A stretch of DNA of 64,000 bases from Candidatus Obscuribacteraceae bacterium (GCA_044229845.1 JBGASG010000002.1:352001-416000); one strand, 5' to 3'. Counted from the stretch's first letter, positions 9,156 to 19,289 are shown. A program made the numbers and translations. Notes: generated by a model not told the origin, from the sequence alone.

Positions 9156-10259
9156 CTAACGTCCGAGCAAGCTGTTCAGTCCGTTCAAAAGAGTTTGCGG
9201 ATTTCCAGTCGACATGCCAGGCAACATCGGCAGTCCGCCCATGCCTGGCATTCCCATACCTGGCATGCCCATCCCCGGCATCATGCCCGGATAGCCGCCC
9301 ATGCCCATGCCCGGATAGCCGCCCATGCCCATGCCTGGATAGCCGCCCATGCCCATGCCTGGATAGCCACCCATGCCCATGCCTGGATAGCCCATGCCCA
9401 TGCCCGGATAGCCCATGCCACCCATGCCGCTCATCTGGCTCTGCTGCATCATCGCCGCCATTGGATTTTTCTGATAGGCTCGCTGAGCCGATTTCTGAGC
9501 GATTGTCTGCATAGCCACACCCGCAGCAATCGGCAACGCCACTCCTACCAGTGCTTTGCCGGCTTTCCCAAGAATTCCGCTACCGCCGCCGCCTCCACCA
9601 TCTTGCTCCACTGGAACCGGCTGCAGCGAGCTTCCACTACCACTACTGCCACCTTGCTGCTGGTCAATCTGGTCGAAGTAACTGTTGGCGCTGGCTGCTA
9701 GATTGTTTGGATTCGAATTCGCTGGTGGCTGAGCCGGCGCCGCTCCGAAAGCTCCCTGCTGCGGAGCACCATACTGTTGTGGAGGCGCACCATAAGAGGG
9801 AGGAGCAGCCCCATATGACGGAGGCGCACCATATGCCGGTGGTCCGCCCGCACCATACTGCGGAAGCCCAGACTCGGTCGCATACCCAAACAAGGTGCCG
9901 TCATTAGCTGGCGGCGCGCTTTGCTGAAACGCGCTCGGCTGACCCTGAGCTGGCGCCTGTGTGTAGCCAGGGGGCGCCTGTCCATAAGCCGGCGGTGCCT
10001 GTCCATAAGCCGGCGGTGCCTGTCCATATGCTGGCGGCGCCTGTCCATATGCTGGCGGCGCCTGTCCATATGCTGGCGGCGCCTGTCCATATGCTGGCGG
10101 CGCTTGTCCATATGCTGGCGGCGCTTGTCCATAGCCAGCTGACGCCTGTTCGTAGCCAGGCTGAGCAGGAAACTGCGCATCCTGCGCCCAAACTGCCGTC
10201 GACGGGATGAAAAACCCCGCCACGATAAGAATCGCTGCGCGCCGGACCCAATTGAACAT
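9156..10259 (-). CDS. Secreted low-complexity Gly/Pro/Gln/Tyr/Met-rich repeat protein
   Basis: Signal-peptide-like MFNWVRRAAILIVAGFFIPSTAVWAQ; YGQAPPA repeats; GGYPGMGM repeats. Confidence 0.75.
   Translation of the reverse strand: MFNWVRRAAILIVAGFFIPSTAVWAQDAQFPAQPGYEQASAGYGQAPPAYGQAPPAYGQAPPAYGQAPPAYGQAPPAYGQAPPAYGQAPPAYGQAPPGYTQAPAQGQPSAFQQSAPPANDGTLFGYATESGLPQYGAGGPPAYGAPPSYGAAPPSYGAPPQQYGAPQQGAFGAAPAQPPANSNPNNLAASANSYFDQIDQQQGGSSGSGSSLQPVPVEQDGGGGGGSGILGKAGKALVGVALPIAAGVAMQTIAQKSAQRAYQKNPMAAMMQQSQMSGMGGMGYPGMGMGYPGMGMGGYPGMGMGGYPGMGMGGYPGMGMGGYPGMMPGMGMPGMGMPGMGGLPMLPGMSTGNPQTLLNGLNSLLGR
9282..9420 (-). repeat. 24/21-bp coding tandem repeat (GGYPGMGM)
   Basis: Repeated CATGCCYGGATAGCCRCCCATGCC units on the + strand. 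Confidence 0.85.
9971..10133 (-). repeat. 21-bp coding tandem repeat, about 8 copies (YGQAPPA)
   Basis: Repeated GCCTGTCCATATGCTGGCGGC units with synonymous variants. Confidence 0.9.
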
Positions 10260-10392
10260 GTAGTAAGGGCTCAAAAAACCGTACAGTTTAACTATATATT
10301 GACGGCGAGGGATGTCAATAGAGTATTCAATCCAGAACACCCGTTTGTTAATTCCCAATTCTAGCCCTCATGCACCCCCCAAAAAAAATCTG

Positions 10393-10467
10393 AAGTGATA
10401 TCGCTTTGAGTCGAAACTGAAGCGATATCGCTTCAGCTCTGGCGGAAATCGGGAAGTGATATCACTT
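10393..10467. repeat. Three copies of the AAGYGATATCRCTT palindrome
   Basis: Cores at 10393, 10420 (extends to the perfect 20-mer CTGAAGCGATATCGCTTCAG) and 10454. Confidence 0.85.
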
Positions 10468-10672
10468 CAGTTCTGACGGTAGTCATGCGCTGAGGTGTCC
10501 GCAAACACGCTGCGTGCAATTTTCATCCTAAATTCGAGTATGGCGAAGTGGTCAGCATAGTGCATCGAATTCGCAAGGTATAGCTCGAAACAGCCGGCTG
10601 ATGTGATGCAGGGCGCGTGACACCGCATATGGTATCGATATCCACGCCAGCAACCTGGTGGCATTGCACACT

Positions 10673-11614
10673 TCAGGCGGCTCGCTGATCACGGTCGCCA
10701 TCGCGCTCGACCAGGGAGGCGTTGGCGTGAGCAAAGTGGTTCACCAGCCTCAGTTCACAAAATGGCGCCGGCAAATTTGATGGATCTCGCTTGCAGAGTT
10801 TCGTGACGATAATCTGCATCCAACCCATCAAGACACTGAGCCCCCGGTGATCTTGGCGGCGACTTTGCAGCATCAGATGTTCTGCGTTGCCGATATAGAC
10901 GAGCTCCTTTTCAGGCGTAGCCAGCCGTTCGAATAAACTCAGCGTGTCCCGGGGAACGAAGAGGCGATCGCCATATCCTTGCAACACCAGGATTGGTGTT
11001 CTGAGAAGCATGCGCGCACTACGTTCGTTGTCGTTGAGCAGGTTACGCACAGCAATCAGATCTCGCACGTACACCTCCTTGCATGCCAGATGATCATCCA
11101 ACCACAGCTGGCGTAGTTCTTCGTCGGGTTCCGCTCGTTCTATAAGTGCCTTGATCAAGCTGACGCGACGATCAGGCGCCAGATAGTGTTTTAACCAGAG
11201 TTCCCAGTGATTGAAGAAGTGACGGTTGGAATCGATCGCGGGGCTGCTCATGATCAGCCCATCTACCAGATGGGCGTTCTGCGATGCGCATTTGAGCGCT
11301 ATGGCGCCACCCAGAGATTCACCCGCCAGAAACAGAGGCAAGGAAGGATAGAGATTGCGTATTTCGGTCAGCGCTGCTTTCAAGTCAGCCAGGCAACCGC
11401 TGATATCCAGCGAGTGGTTTCCCCAGCTACGCCAGCAACCCAGACCACGAATGTCGATCGCCAGCACTGCAAAACCGTTGTACGAGAGAGTTGTTCCGAG
11501 ATGGTGATAGCAGCCGCCATGTAAGCCTAAGCCATGCACACAAATCACCACCGCCTTGGGATCGCCTTTCGGCAGCCAGATATGGTGAATGTCGGCGCTG
11601 ATCAGTTGCTGCAT
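10673..11614 (-). CDS. Alpha/beta hydrolase (lysophospholipase/monoglyceride lipase-like)
   Basis: VHGLG, DIRGLG, nucleophile elbow GESLGG, candidate Asp (GYGDRL) and His (AEHLM); start uncertain. Confidence 0.85.
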   Translation of the reverse strand: MQQLISADIHHIWLPKGDPKAVVICVHGLGLHGGCYHHLGTTLSYNGFAVLAIDIRGLGCWRSWGNHSLDISGCLADLKAALTEIRNLYPSLPLFLAGESLGGAIALKCASQNAHLVDGLIMSSPAIDSNRHFFNHWELWLKHYLAPDRRVSLIKALIERAEPDEELRQLWLDDHLACKEVYVRDLIAVRNLLNDNERSARMLLRTPILVLQGYGDRLFVPRDTLSLFERLATPEKELVYIGNAEHLMLQSRRQDHRGLSVLMGWMQIIVTKLCKRDPSNLPAPFCELRLVNHFAHANASLVERDGDRDQRAA

Positions 11615-11846
11615 ATGCTGCCGTTTCCTTTGAAAGGCTGATGGTGCCAATTGTGCCGAGAGTCGGAGATTATCAGTGACGACCGTTAATTTGAGCAGGT
11701 TCCTTGTGGCTTTCAACAAATTTGCCACAAATGAACCCTACTATCAATTCGGGCAACGCTATCTCCCCCTCTAGTTTTGCCTGCCAAAACCGCCACCTTT
11801 GCACCATCTTTTCTAAACCTGCCGATTGCAGGGGAGTTTCAATCGC

Positions 11847-14800
11847 ATGTCCGATCCCCCCGGAACAGATCCTTTTGAAGTTGTAGAAACTGAATCAGCA
11901 TGTGTTGAAGGTCAGACTCGCAGCACCGAAGGACAACGCGCCGCTGCTGAAGCAGAGGACAATTCAGCTGTTCAATGGAATTCCGGCGCTCAAAGAGCAC
12001 TGGCTCGCGTTCGCAGTGAGAGCGGAGCACACGCCGCCGTCATGGAAACGTTCGACGCAGGCAATGGTTTCTCACTCGAAGGTCTGCAGCAAGCGGGCAC
12101 ATTTTTGAAGAATCTCTGGGGCCGTGTGCGCGCTGCTGAGTCCGCACCGCTTCCGAGCGCAGATTCGCAGCATCCGACAGCCAGCGAGTCCGGAGACCCG
12201 AGTCCCCTCGGTCAGCCCGGGCAACCTGGTAGTGGCTCGCCAACTGCGCTGGCTCCGTTGGTTCCGCCTCCCGGCGGAAAAAACAAATCGGTGGGAGCGG
12301 TGAACGAAGGTGGTGCCAGCGACTCTCCAGAAGACGGATTGCTGGGCGGCGTCAAGAATTTGTTTGGTGGGGCATTCAACTCGGGTTACTCGGGTTGGTT
12401 CGTTCCGAGAGGGCTCCAGCCCAGCGGTTACAGCGGCCACGACAACCACGTAAATGACAATCATGGGAACGGCAATCAGGGGAACGGCAACCAATTTAGC
12501 GATATCGGCGATGGCACCCCAGTCATGCCTCCAGTGCCTGGCGGGAAGAAACACTCCTCGAATTCCGGCACATCCGGTGCCACCACCGATGATACTCAGC
12601 TGCCCTCCGCCGCAGCGACCGCGCTTCCGCTAGACGGATTGTTTACAGAGTTTATCCAGAGGACATTTCGAGGCGGCGCAGTGCACCCTCAGAATGGCGC
12701 ACATGACACTGGTTCGAACGGTGAAGTTGATAACGGACTGAAGGTTTCGAAGCCGGCGAAATCGCCGCTGCCGACCGCCGGTGATTTCGTCGAGGTCGCG
12801 ACGGCCGGCACGGTTGGAGCTGCGGGCACGACAGGCACCATGGCACCCGGCGATGACAAGAATCGCACCACATACACTACCAGCTGGCAGAATATTTTAA
12901 AGACGTTCGGATTCGATTTCACGGAGCCCCAGCCAGAGTCAGGCGGACTCTCTGCGCAACCGATCAAGAAACCCAACAGCCCAACGCCCCTCAACAATGA
13001 CGGCGCACCGGGAACGGTCGGCGGAGTTCCCGGTGTTCCGGGCGGCGCTCCCGGTGATCAGGGTACCACTAATGTCGTGCTGCCTCTGTCCGGAAAACAC
13101 GGCGAACAGAACAAAGAGAACGGCGAGGAAGAAACGACCAAAGCATTGAAGTCGGCGTTCGCATTCGGCCAATCTACTTTGATGACGCTGCTCGGTGATT
13201 ACACTCCACCGTCCAAGCGTCAGGTAGATCCGCCCCCGTCCGGCGGCAGCATCAATAACACCGACGAAATCCAAAATGCCCAGACTCGACGCCACGAGAC
13301 CAACAGCAATTTGACACCAGGGGTCGCTTCGCCAGGAAAAACGGAAGTGGCTGCGGTAACAGCGCAACAATACGAAGACATAAAGCGCCAACTCGGCTTC
13401 TTCGGAACTTTTTTCCCGACCGCCGAAGAACTGAAGTTACCGGGCGGTGGTACCACGGTCACTAACGGCACGATTTCCCTCCCGGAACTCAAACGCATCG
13501 TCACGATGGGATCGGAGACACTACAGAGCGGCTTTCATGCCTCAGCCGACGCAGTGACGGCCGGAACGTCGGGATCAACAAGTGAGCAGCAGACGTTAGC
13601 GCTCAAGAAAATACCTAGCATTTTCAATGTGTTCACCAACGAGTTCGTCGTCGAGAATGGCGGTGGCACAGCAATCAGCGAACCGGTGAAAAAGGCGGGC
13701 GCGTTCATTTTGACCACCGCGAACGAACCATTCTTTAAGGATGACCCCAACCTCAGCAACCTCGGGCAGCGCCCGGCATTAGTCAAGCAAGAGAATGTCA
13801 ACGAACCAGCCGAGTTGCACCGCCTGCCGCTTGCTGCCGCGCTGGCGTCGGCTGTCACCGACACCGCCGCGGATCTGACGCTGAACGCCAGACCGCTGAA
13901 GATGGTCGAAACTGCGCTTCTGGACGCCGGCAGATTTCAATCGGCGTTGCTGCGCAACAGTGCGGCAGAAACCGAAGCAATCGCCGCGCTTAAGGTAAGC
14001 ACTGTCGAGCGATTGCAGTCGAGCTGTGCTGATGTTTCGTCCGATGTACGCGTGGCCGCGCCTGATGTCCGCGTGGCTGCCTCTGCAAACGAGAAATTGG
14101 ATAACCCAGCGCCCGATGCACCACGCGTGCTCATGGCTGGATTCACCTCGAAACCCATTGGTACAGAGGATCAAACCGCTTCCGGAGCGTTGAGAATTCC
14201 GCCTCTCGGATCGATGTTGTCGATAGCCGGTCTTGCCCGCGAATCGATGGACGCCAACGCATCGTTATTGCTTGGCAAACTCAGCGACCAGGGGTCATTG
14301 AACGGCAAACTACCACTGGGCGAAATGATCGGGGTGGGCAAAGTTTCCACAAATATCGGTGCCACCGACGGCATCGGAAAACTGCCGCCAGGCATAGCAG
14401 CTGCCGACGGCAAACTCGCTCAATCTGGGGAGTTCGGCAAAACTATGCTGGCCGAGATCACCCGATTGGCGCAACTGATTGAAGCCGGCAAGAACGGCAG
14501 CCTGATCTCTGCCGGGGGACGATTCCCAGGCATGATCGACATCGGCAAACCGGGTGAGAACATCGTCATACCAGGCCTGGAAGGACGCATCGGTCGCGGC
14601 GCAGTAAATGTCAGTGTCGGGGTCGGAGCCGAGGTTCTGGGAGACCGCGGTGCTCGTTTTGTGGCTACGGATATAGCGAACAAGGGCATCGGAATTGTCA
14701 TCGCCAGCGGCATCGAAACCACGCTCGCAGGAGATCGAATTGGTCTGATCATCGGCAAAGGCGAACGAATCCCCTTCACCGAAGTGATCAGTATTCGTCC

Positions 14801-16499
14801 GGCGGGAGATCAATCAGGATTCACTTTGACCATTTCCACTGCAACCGGCGAGAAGGTTATCCGCGGCGGCGGCAAGAAGAAGGATCCAGACGAAGAAGAT
14901 GCGGTGACCGACGATCAGAGCAACGGTGGACTGGGATACTTCACCACCGGACAGGATCCACAAAATCAAGATCCAAATAATCCTGGAGGGTCATCTGGCA
15001 CCGATCCGCAATCACTCGCGGCGGTCAGTCAAATCGACCCGAACTCAATATTGCCCGGGATCACAATTGTAATGACCGGACCAACCGATCCAAATGCTAA
15101 TGCCAGCGCAGCCGCAAATCCAACTTCCGTCGCGCAGATTGTCCAACCACCAAATGCCCAGATGGAGTCTACCGGTACGCAGTTCATCACACCAGCAACC
15201 GTCGCGCTGGTAAATACCGGACCCGAATCTCCAGTTGCTTATTCAACCAATCCTCAGCCCGCATCTCTGGCTCAGACAGAATACGTGCAGGCAACAAGCA
15301 CGTATCAAGAGGACACTCCCACGCCAGCGCAGCAGAGCACTCCTTCAACAGCGCAGCAGATTGCTGCCACTGCGCAAACGCAGGACTCTCCCTCCACGCA
15401 ACCCGACACTTCTTCAATCCAGAAACCGGACACTCCTTCCTCCACACAGACGGTCCAAGATCCTGTAACGGCACAGCATGTTCCAGCCTCTATATTCAGC
15501 GTTGAACCAATGAACTCGGTACAGCCGTCCGTTACTACAACGCAGGATCAGATTGCCACAGTTCAGCCATTGCCGACCGCTGATTTCACTCCGATTGGCG
15601 GCCAACCACCACAAGCGTTCCTACAGCAAATGTTGGATGCTGTGTCGCCTGACGAACGCGCTCCAGAAGAGCAGGGAACACAACCGAATCAGGCTACTCA
15701 CTGGATTGATCCAACTCAATTTTCGACCCATCCCGATCCGTATGTAGCAACATCAGCAACATCGACATATGAGACAAGTCAAATTCCTGACTGCATGGAG
15801 ATGCGAGCTGATTTGAGTCAGGAAAAAGTTCCAGAGCGGCGGATCGATAAGGACGACGACGATAGAAATAGCGAACTAGAGACACTTCGTTCCTGGAAGG
15901 AAAAGGAAGCTCGGCGCATGATGGACACACTCCTGGCCGATCAAGCAACCCGCAAGGATCAGCGCCTCTTCGTAGAAGAAGAAGTTCGCACGCGCTACAT
16001 TGTTCGCCCCGGCGACACACTCGAATCGATCGCCGCCAGCGTGCTGGGCGACAGCCGACTGGCGTTGCTAATTTTCAGAATCAATCGCCCGGTGATCCGC
16101 GTTACCTATCGCGACAACAAACAAATCATTGTTTTGAAACCGAATACCATTTTGCAGATGCCTACGCGAACTGAGATCGAGATGTTCCGCGCTACGATGA
16201 GCAGCAAGAAACCCAAGAAATCACGACAATATGTCAGCGACGGCGGACCAACAACGCGCATCAATTACACCGTCAGGCTTGGCGATACCCTGCGCACAAT
16301 CGCAACCCGCCATGCGTCCCTCCAAGACGGATCACTGTGGACATTGATCGCCGAGATCAATGGACTGAGTTCAGCTGCTGACACGAGTGGGACGCCAACT
16401 GCTCGCATTCAACGCGGTACGACCTTGATACTGCCTTCGAGTGAAGAGATTAGCGAATTCCGAGCACGTCAAACATCCGCAGTTCAGAATGCAGTATAA
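11847..16499 (+). CDS. Very large low-complexity protein with two C-terminal LysM-like domains
   Basis: YIVRPGDTLESIA...IFRIN and YTVRLGDTLRTIA...IAEINGL; GGGGAG RBS before ATG 11847; about 1550 aa. Confidence 0.8.
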   Translation: MSDPPGTDPFEVVETESACVEGQTRSTEGQRAAAEAEDNSAVQWNSGAQRALARVRSESGAHAAVMETFDAGNGFSLEGLQQAGTFLKNLWGRVRAAESAPLPSADSQHPTASESGDPSPLGQPGQPGSGSPTALAPLVPPPGGKNKSVGAVNEGGASDSPEDGLLGGVKNLFGGAFNSGYSGWFVPRGLQPSGYSGHDNHVNDNHGNGNQGNGNQFSDIGDGTPVMPPVPGGKKHSSNSGTSGATTDDTQLPSAAATALPLDGLFTEFIQRTFRGGAVHPQNGAHDTGSNGEVDNGLKVSKPAKSPLPTAGDFVEVATAGTVGAAGTTGTMAPGDDKNRTTYTTSWQNILKTFGFDFTEPQPESGGLSAQPIKKPNSPTPLNNDGAPGTVGGVPGVPGGAPGDQGTTNVVLPLSGKHGEQNKENGEEETTKALKSAFAFGQSTLMTLLGDYTPPSKRQVDPPPSGGSINNTDEIQNAQTRRHETNSNLTPGVASPGKTEVAAVTAQQYEDIKRQLGFFGTFFPTAEELKLPGGGTTVTNGTISLPELKRIVTMGSETLQSGFHASADAVTAGTSGSTSEQQTLALKKIPSIFNVFTNEFVVENGGGTAISEPVKKAGAFILTTANEPFFKDDPNLSNLGQRPALVKQENVNEPAELHRLPLAAALASAVTDTAADLTLNARPLKMVETALLDAGRFQSALLRNSAAETEAIAALKVSTVERLQSSCADVSSDVRVAAPDVRVAASANEKLDNPAPDAPRVLMAGFTSKPIGTEDQTASGALRIPPLGSMLSIAGLARESMDANASLLLGKLSDQGSLNGKLPLGEMIGVGKVSTNIGATDGIGKLPPGIAAADGKLAQSGEFGKTMLAEITRLAQLIEAGKNGSLISAGGRFPGMIDIGKPGENIVIPGLEGRIGRGAVNVSVGVGAEVLGDRGARFVATDIANKGIGIVIASGIETTLAGDRIGLIIGKGERIPFTEVISIRPAGDQSGFTLTISTATGEKVIRGGGKKKDPDEEDAVTDDQSNGGLGYFTTGQDPQNQDPNNPGGSSGTDPQSLAAVSQIDPNSILPGITIVMTGPTDPNANASAAANPTSVAQIVQPPNAQMESTGTQFITPATVALVNTGPESPVAYSTNPQPASLAQTEYVQATSTYQEDTPTPAQQSTPSTAQQIAATAQTQDSPSTQPDTSSIQKPDTPSSTQTVQDPVTAQHVPASIFSVEPMNSVQPSVTTTQDQIATVQPLPTADFTPIGGQPPQAFLQQMLDAVSPDERAPEEQGTQPNQATHWIDPTQFSTHPDPYVATSATSTYETSQIPDCMEMRADLSQEKVPERRIDKDDDDRNSELETLRSWKEKEARRMMDTLLADQATRKDQRLFVEEEVRTRYIVRPGDTLESIAASVLGDSRLALLIFRINRPVIRVTYRDNKQIIVLKPNTILQMPTRTEIEMFRATMSSKKPKKSRQYVSDGGPTTRINYTVRLGDTLRTIATRHASLQDGSLWTLIAEINGLSSAADTSGTPTARIQRGTTLILPSSEEISEFRARQTSAVQNAV

Positions 16500-16692
16500 G
16501 TAGAATTTTCTGATTTTCTATAACAATGTCTTGGATCAAGATCGCATTTTTCGCCGTCATCGCATATATTAATAGGCGACGGACGCGGAGCACCGGACAT
16601 GGTGAAGAAACGAACCAGATGCGAAAACAGCTTTTGCTACTGCAATGCTGAAAATAGCGACAGCGGATATTGCAGCGAAGACTGTGAAGACG

Positions 16693-18013
16693 GAGACTGT
16701 AAAATAATCTGTGTCAAAGGTCAGAGCCCAGGCGCTCACTAGAAAGGAGCCTGACCATGACTAAAAGTACCGACATGCTGGACGAACTCATTAAGGAGCA
16801 TCTGGCACAGGGCAAGCATCCAAAGGAGCTGCTAGCGGAGGGCGGTCTTCTCAAACAACTCACCAAGGCTATCGTTGAACGGTGCCTGGAAGGTGAGATG
16901 GAGGATCACCTCGGCTACGAGAAAGGCGAGCGCGCCGGCAAAGGCGGCGAGAATCGCCGCAACGGGTACAGCAAGAAGACGCTGACCACCGAGCAGGGCG
17001 ACATTACTCTTGGTGTTCCGCGCGATCGTAATGCCGACTTCGAACCGCAGGTGGTGTCAAAGCGGCAGACACGGCTGGAGGGATTCGACGACAAGATCCT
17101 AGCGATGTATGCACGCGGAATGACAGTCCGAGATATTCAGGCGCAACTCAAGGAAATATACGGCGCCGATGTTTCGCCGACCCTCATTTCGAACGTCACC
17201 GACGGCGTTCTCGAAGAGGTGAGAGCATGGCAAAGCCGTCCTCTGGATAATCTCTACCCGATCGTGTTTTTCGACGCGCTCGTGGTCAAGGTTCGCGAGA
17301 ACCAGCGTGTGATCAATAAGGCCGTTTATCTGGCACTAGCTGTGGACACCAACGGACAGAAAGAGCTACTCGGGATCTGGATCTCGCAGAATGAGGGAGC
17401 CAAGTTCTGGCTCGGCATTCTGACGGAACTGAAGAACCGCGGCGTCCAAGACATCCTAATCGCCTGCGTAGACGGGCTCACCGGCTTGGATGACGCAATT
17501 CAAACGGCGTTCCCGAAAACCTGGGTGCAGTTGTGCATCGTCCACATGGTGCGCAATTCGCTGAAGTACGTGTCTTGGAAGGATCGCAAGGCAATGGCTG
17601 CAGACCTCAAATCGATCTACCGCGCAGCCACGGAAACGGAGGCTGCCACGAACCTCGATGCAGTCGCGGCAAAATGGGACCACAAGTATCCGACCGTCAG
17701 CAAGTCCTGGCGCGAACACTGGGCAAAGATAATTCCGATGTTTGCTTTTCCGCACGACATCCGCAAGGTCATCTACACTACCAACGCCGTAGAGTCAGTG
17801 AACATGACGCTACGCAAGGCGAGCCGCAACCACCGAATTTTCCCGACGGACGAAGCCGTGTTCAAAGTCATGTACCTGGCCGCACAGAACATCGCGAAGA
17901 AATGGACCATGCCGCTGCGGGACTGGGGCGCAGCAATGAATCAATTTTCAATAGAGTTCGCAGGAAGGATCGCGCCGTGACTCAACCTTTGACACAAATC
18001 GATTGACAGATCC
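16693..18013 (+). mobile_element. IS256-family insertion sequence, 1321 bp
   Basis: Imperfect 28-bp terminal IRs (20/28 identical, both ending TGTGTCAAAGG); 8-bp direct repeat TGAAGACG at 16685-16692 and 18014-18021. Confidence 0.95.
16757..17980 (+). CDS. IS256-family (Mutator-type) DDE transposase
   Basis: RNGYSKKTL, VPRDR, FDALVVKVR, ACVDGL, QLCIVH and YTTNAVES motifs. Confidence 0.96.
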   Translation: MTKSTDMLDELIKEHLAQGKHPKELLAEGGLLKQLTKAIVERCLEGEMEDHLGYEKGERAGKGGENRRNGYSKKTLTTEQGDITLGVPRDRNADFEPQVVSKRQTRLEGFDDKILAMYARGMTVRDIQAQLKEIYGADVSPTLISNVTDGVLEEVRAWQSRPLDNLYPIVFFDALVVKVRENQRVINKAVYLALAVDTNGQKELLGIWISQNEGAKFWLGILTELKNRGVQDILIACVDGLTGLDDAIQTAFPKTWVQLCIVHMVRNSLKYVSWKDRKAMAADLKSIYRAATETEAATNLDAVAAKWDHKYPTVSKSWREHWAKIIPMFAFPHDIRKVIYTTNAVESVNMTLRKASRNHRIFPTDEAVFKVMYLAAQNIAKKWTMPLRDWGAAMNQFSIEFAGRIAP

Positions 18014-18143
18014 TGAAGACGCTTCAGATGGTTCGCACTCTTGCACTTGCGATCACAACGATTGCGAAGCGCGCAGGCATCAAAGCGGGCTTAAATCCAA
18101 TCGAACGCTAGCGGTTCCACGTTGAACAGGGTCCGAGCAGTCA

Positions 18144-19289
18144 CTAAATAGTCACTAGCGGCGGCGATACATAAGACCTGACTTGCAGATCGCTAATTGG
18201 GTCTGCTCGGCGACATGCTGCGAGCAAGGAACCTTGCGGCCAGCGCTCTGGATTGACGAAGAAACAGTACACAGCCAGATAATGCTGTAAACGCTTTCTG
18301 CTCACCCCCTGATATGTCGCTCGAACAAAGTCAATTGCATTCGACACCCGAGTAGCTAGTGATGCCCCGAGCGTTGCAGAACGCGCTTCACTCTGCTCTT
18401 CAGTAAGTTCATCCGTCCCGCCTCTAACTTCCCTTAAGCGAGCAAATCTCTCTCCCGGAAATCGAATAATTACTCCACTGAATTCAAGCAAAGTCAGTGT
18501 TGAAGCCAGTTCAGCTGGTTCCATTTCCAGTCGATCACGCAAGACATCAAACCAAACCGGCTCCTCAGTTAGCGATTCAAAGACTAACCTCTGAGCCTCG
18601 GTCACTGCTTCTCCAAGTTGTAGGTCTTCCAGATGTATTTCGTGATGCTGCGCGCTGTGGCGTCGATCTTCGTCGCTGCTGATTTCGTCGCTCCCGATTT
18701 CATCAAGTTGCGGCTCATCAAGTTGCGGCTCATCGCCAAACATCCCGTCGATCACCAGTTGTTCAGCCAGAGGATGACTTCCTGCTGGAGTTTCGATGCT
18801 TCGCCGAAAAATGATCTTCGCAAAAGCGCGCGAGGAAACCAATTCAACCCCGTCGACATCAGGCTGTCTTATCAAATCGTCGAGCACCATTCCCATCTTC
18901 TGAAACATCTTCCAAATTGCGCCATAGCTTGCTCCAAGGAAGTTTGCAAACCGATTTGCATTGATCTGAACTCGTCGCTCGAATAGCCAAATCGCAAATA
19001 GCCAGTGCATTGGATCCCTTATCCCTTCAAAAAACGTTCCGGCCGTCAGCCAAGTCTTGGTATGACAATTAGGGCAAAGCATCGTTCGCGCGTCGATGCG
19101 CTCCAGTCCATGCGCTCCGCATCGTTTGCACACATATTCGCGATCGGGATCATCCACTCTGCACAATTCATCAACCTGAGCCTGCGCAGTTGGATAGACC
19201 CTAGAGAACAACTCCATTTCCACCGCAAGCGGATCCACAGTTAGTTCTTGGGCCTTCGATTTTTTCGATTTTCGTGATTCGTTTTGCAT
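18144..19289 (-). CDS. IS1595-transposase-derived protein: Zn ribbon/HTH, DprA-like winged helix and IS1595 C-terminal motif
   Basis: CKRC...CPNC-TWLTAGTFF; VFESLTEEPVWFDVL...LTLLEFSGVIIRFPGERF; TYQGVSRKRLQHYL; no recognisable DDE core. Confidence 0.7.
   Translation of the reverse strand: MQNESRKSKKSKAQELTVDPLAVEMELFSRVYPTAQAQVDELCRVDDPDREYVCKRCGAHGLERIDARTMLCPNCHTKTWLTAGTFFEGIRDPMHWLFAIWLFERRVQINANRFANFLGASYGAIWKMFQKMGMVLDDLIRQPDVDGVELVSSRAFAKIIFRRSIETPAGSHPLAEQLVIDGMFGDEPQLDEPQLDEIGSDEISSDEDRRHSAQHHEIHLEDLQLGEAVTEAQRLVFESLTEEPVWFDVLRDRLEMEPAELASTLTLLEFSGVIIRFPGERFARLREVRGGTDELTEEQSEARSATLGASLATRVSNAIDFVRATYQGVSRKRLQHYLAVYCFFVNPERWPQGSLLAACRRADPISDLQVRSYVSPPLVTI

Larger units (their letters stand above)
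16599..18125 (+). pseudogene. Metallothionein-like small Cys-rich gene interrupted by IS256
   Basis: Removing the IS and one target duplicate restores a 65-aa ORF MVKKRTRCENSFCYCNAENSDSGYCSEDCED|ASDGSHSCTCDHNDCEARRHQSGLKSNRTLAVPR; GGAG RBS upstream. Confidence 0.8.

Noticed and set aside
9971..10133. CRISPR-like or VNTR non-coding array
   Set aside because: Units are contiguous with no spacers and are in frame within a signal-peptide ORF
10374..10388. Phase-variable homopolymer tract (C run followed by A8)
   Set aside because: Runs are short and cannot be placed within a defined promoter
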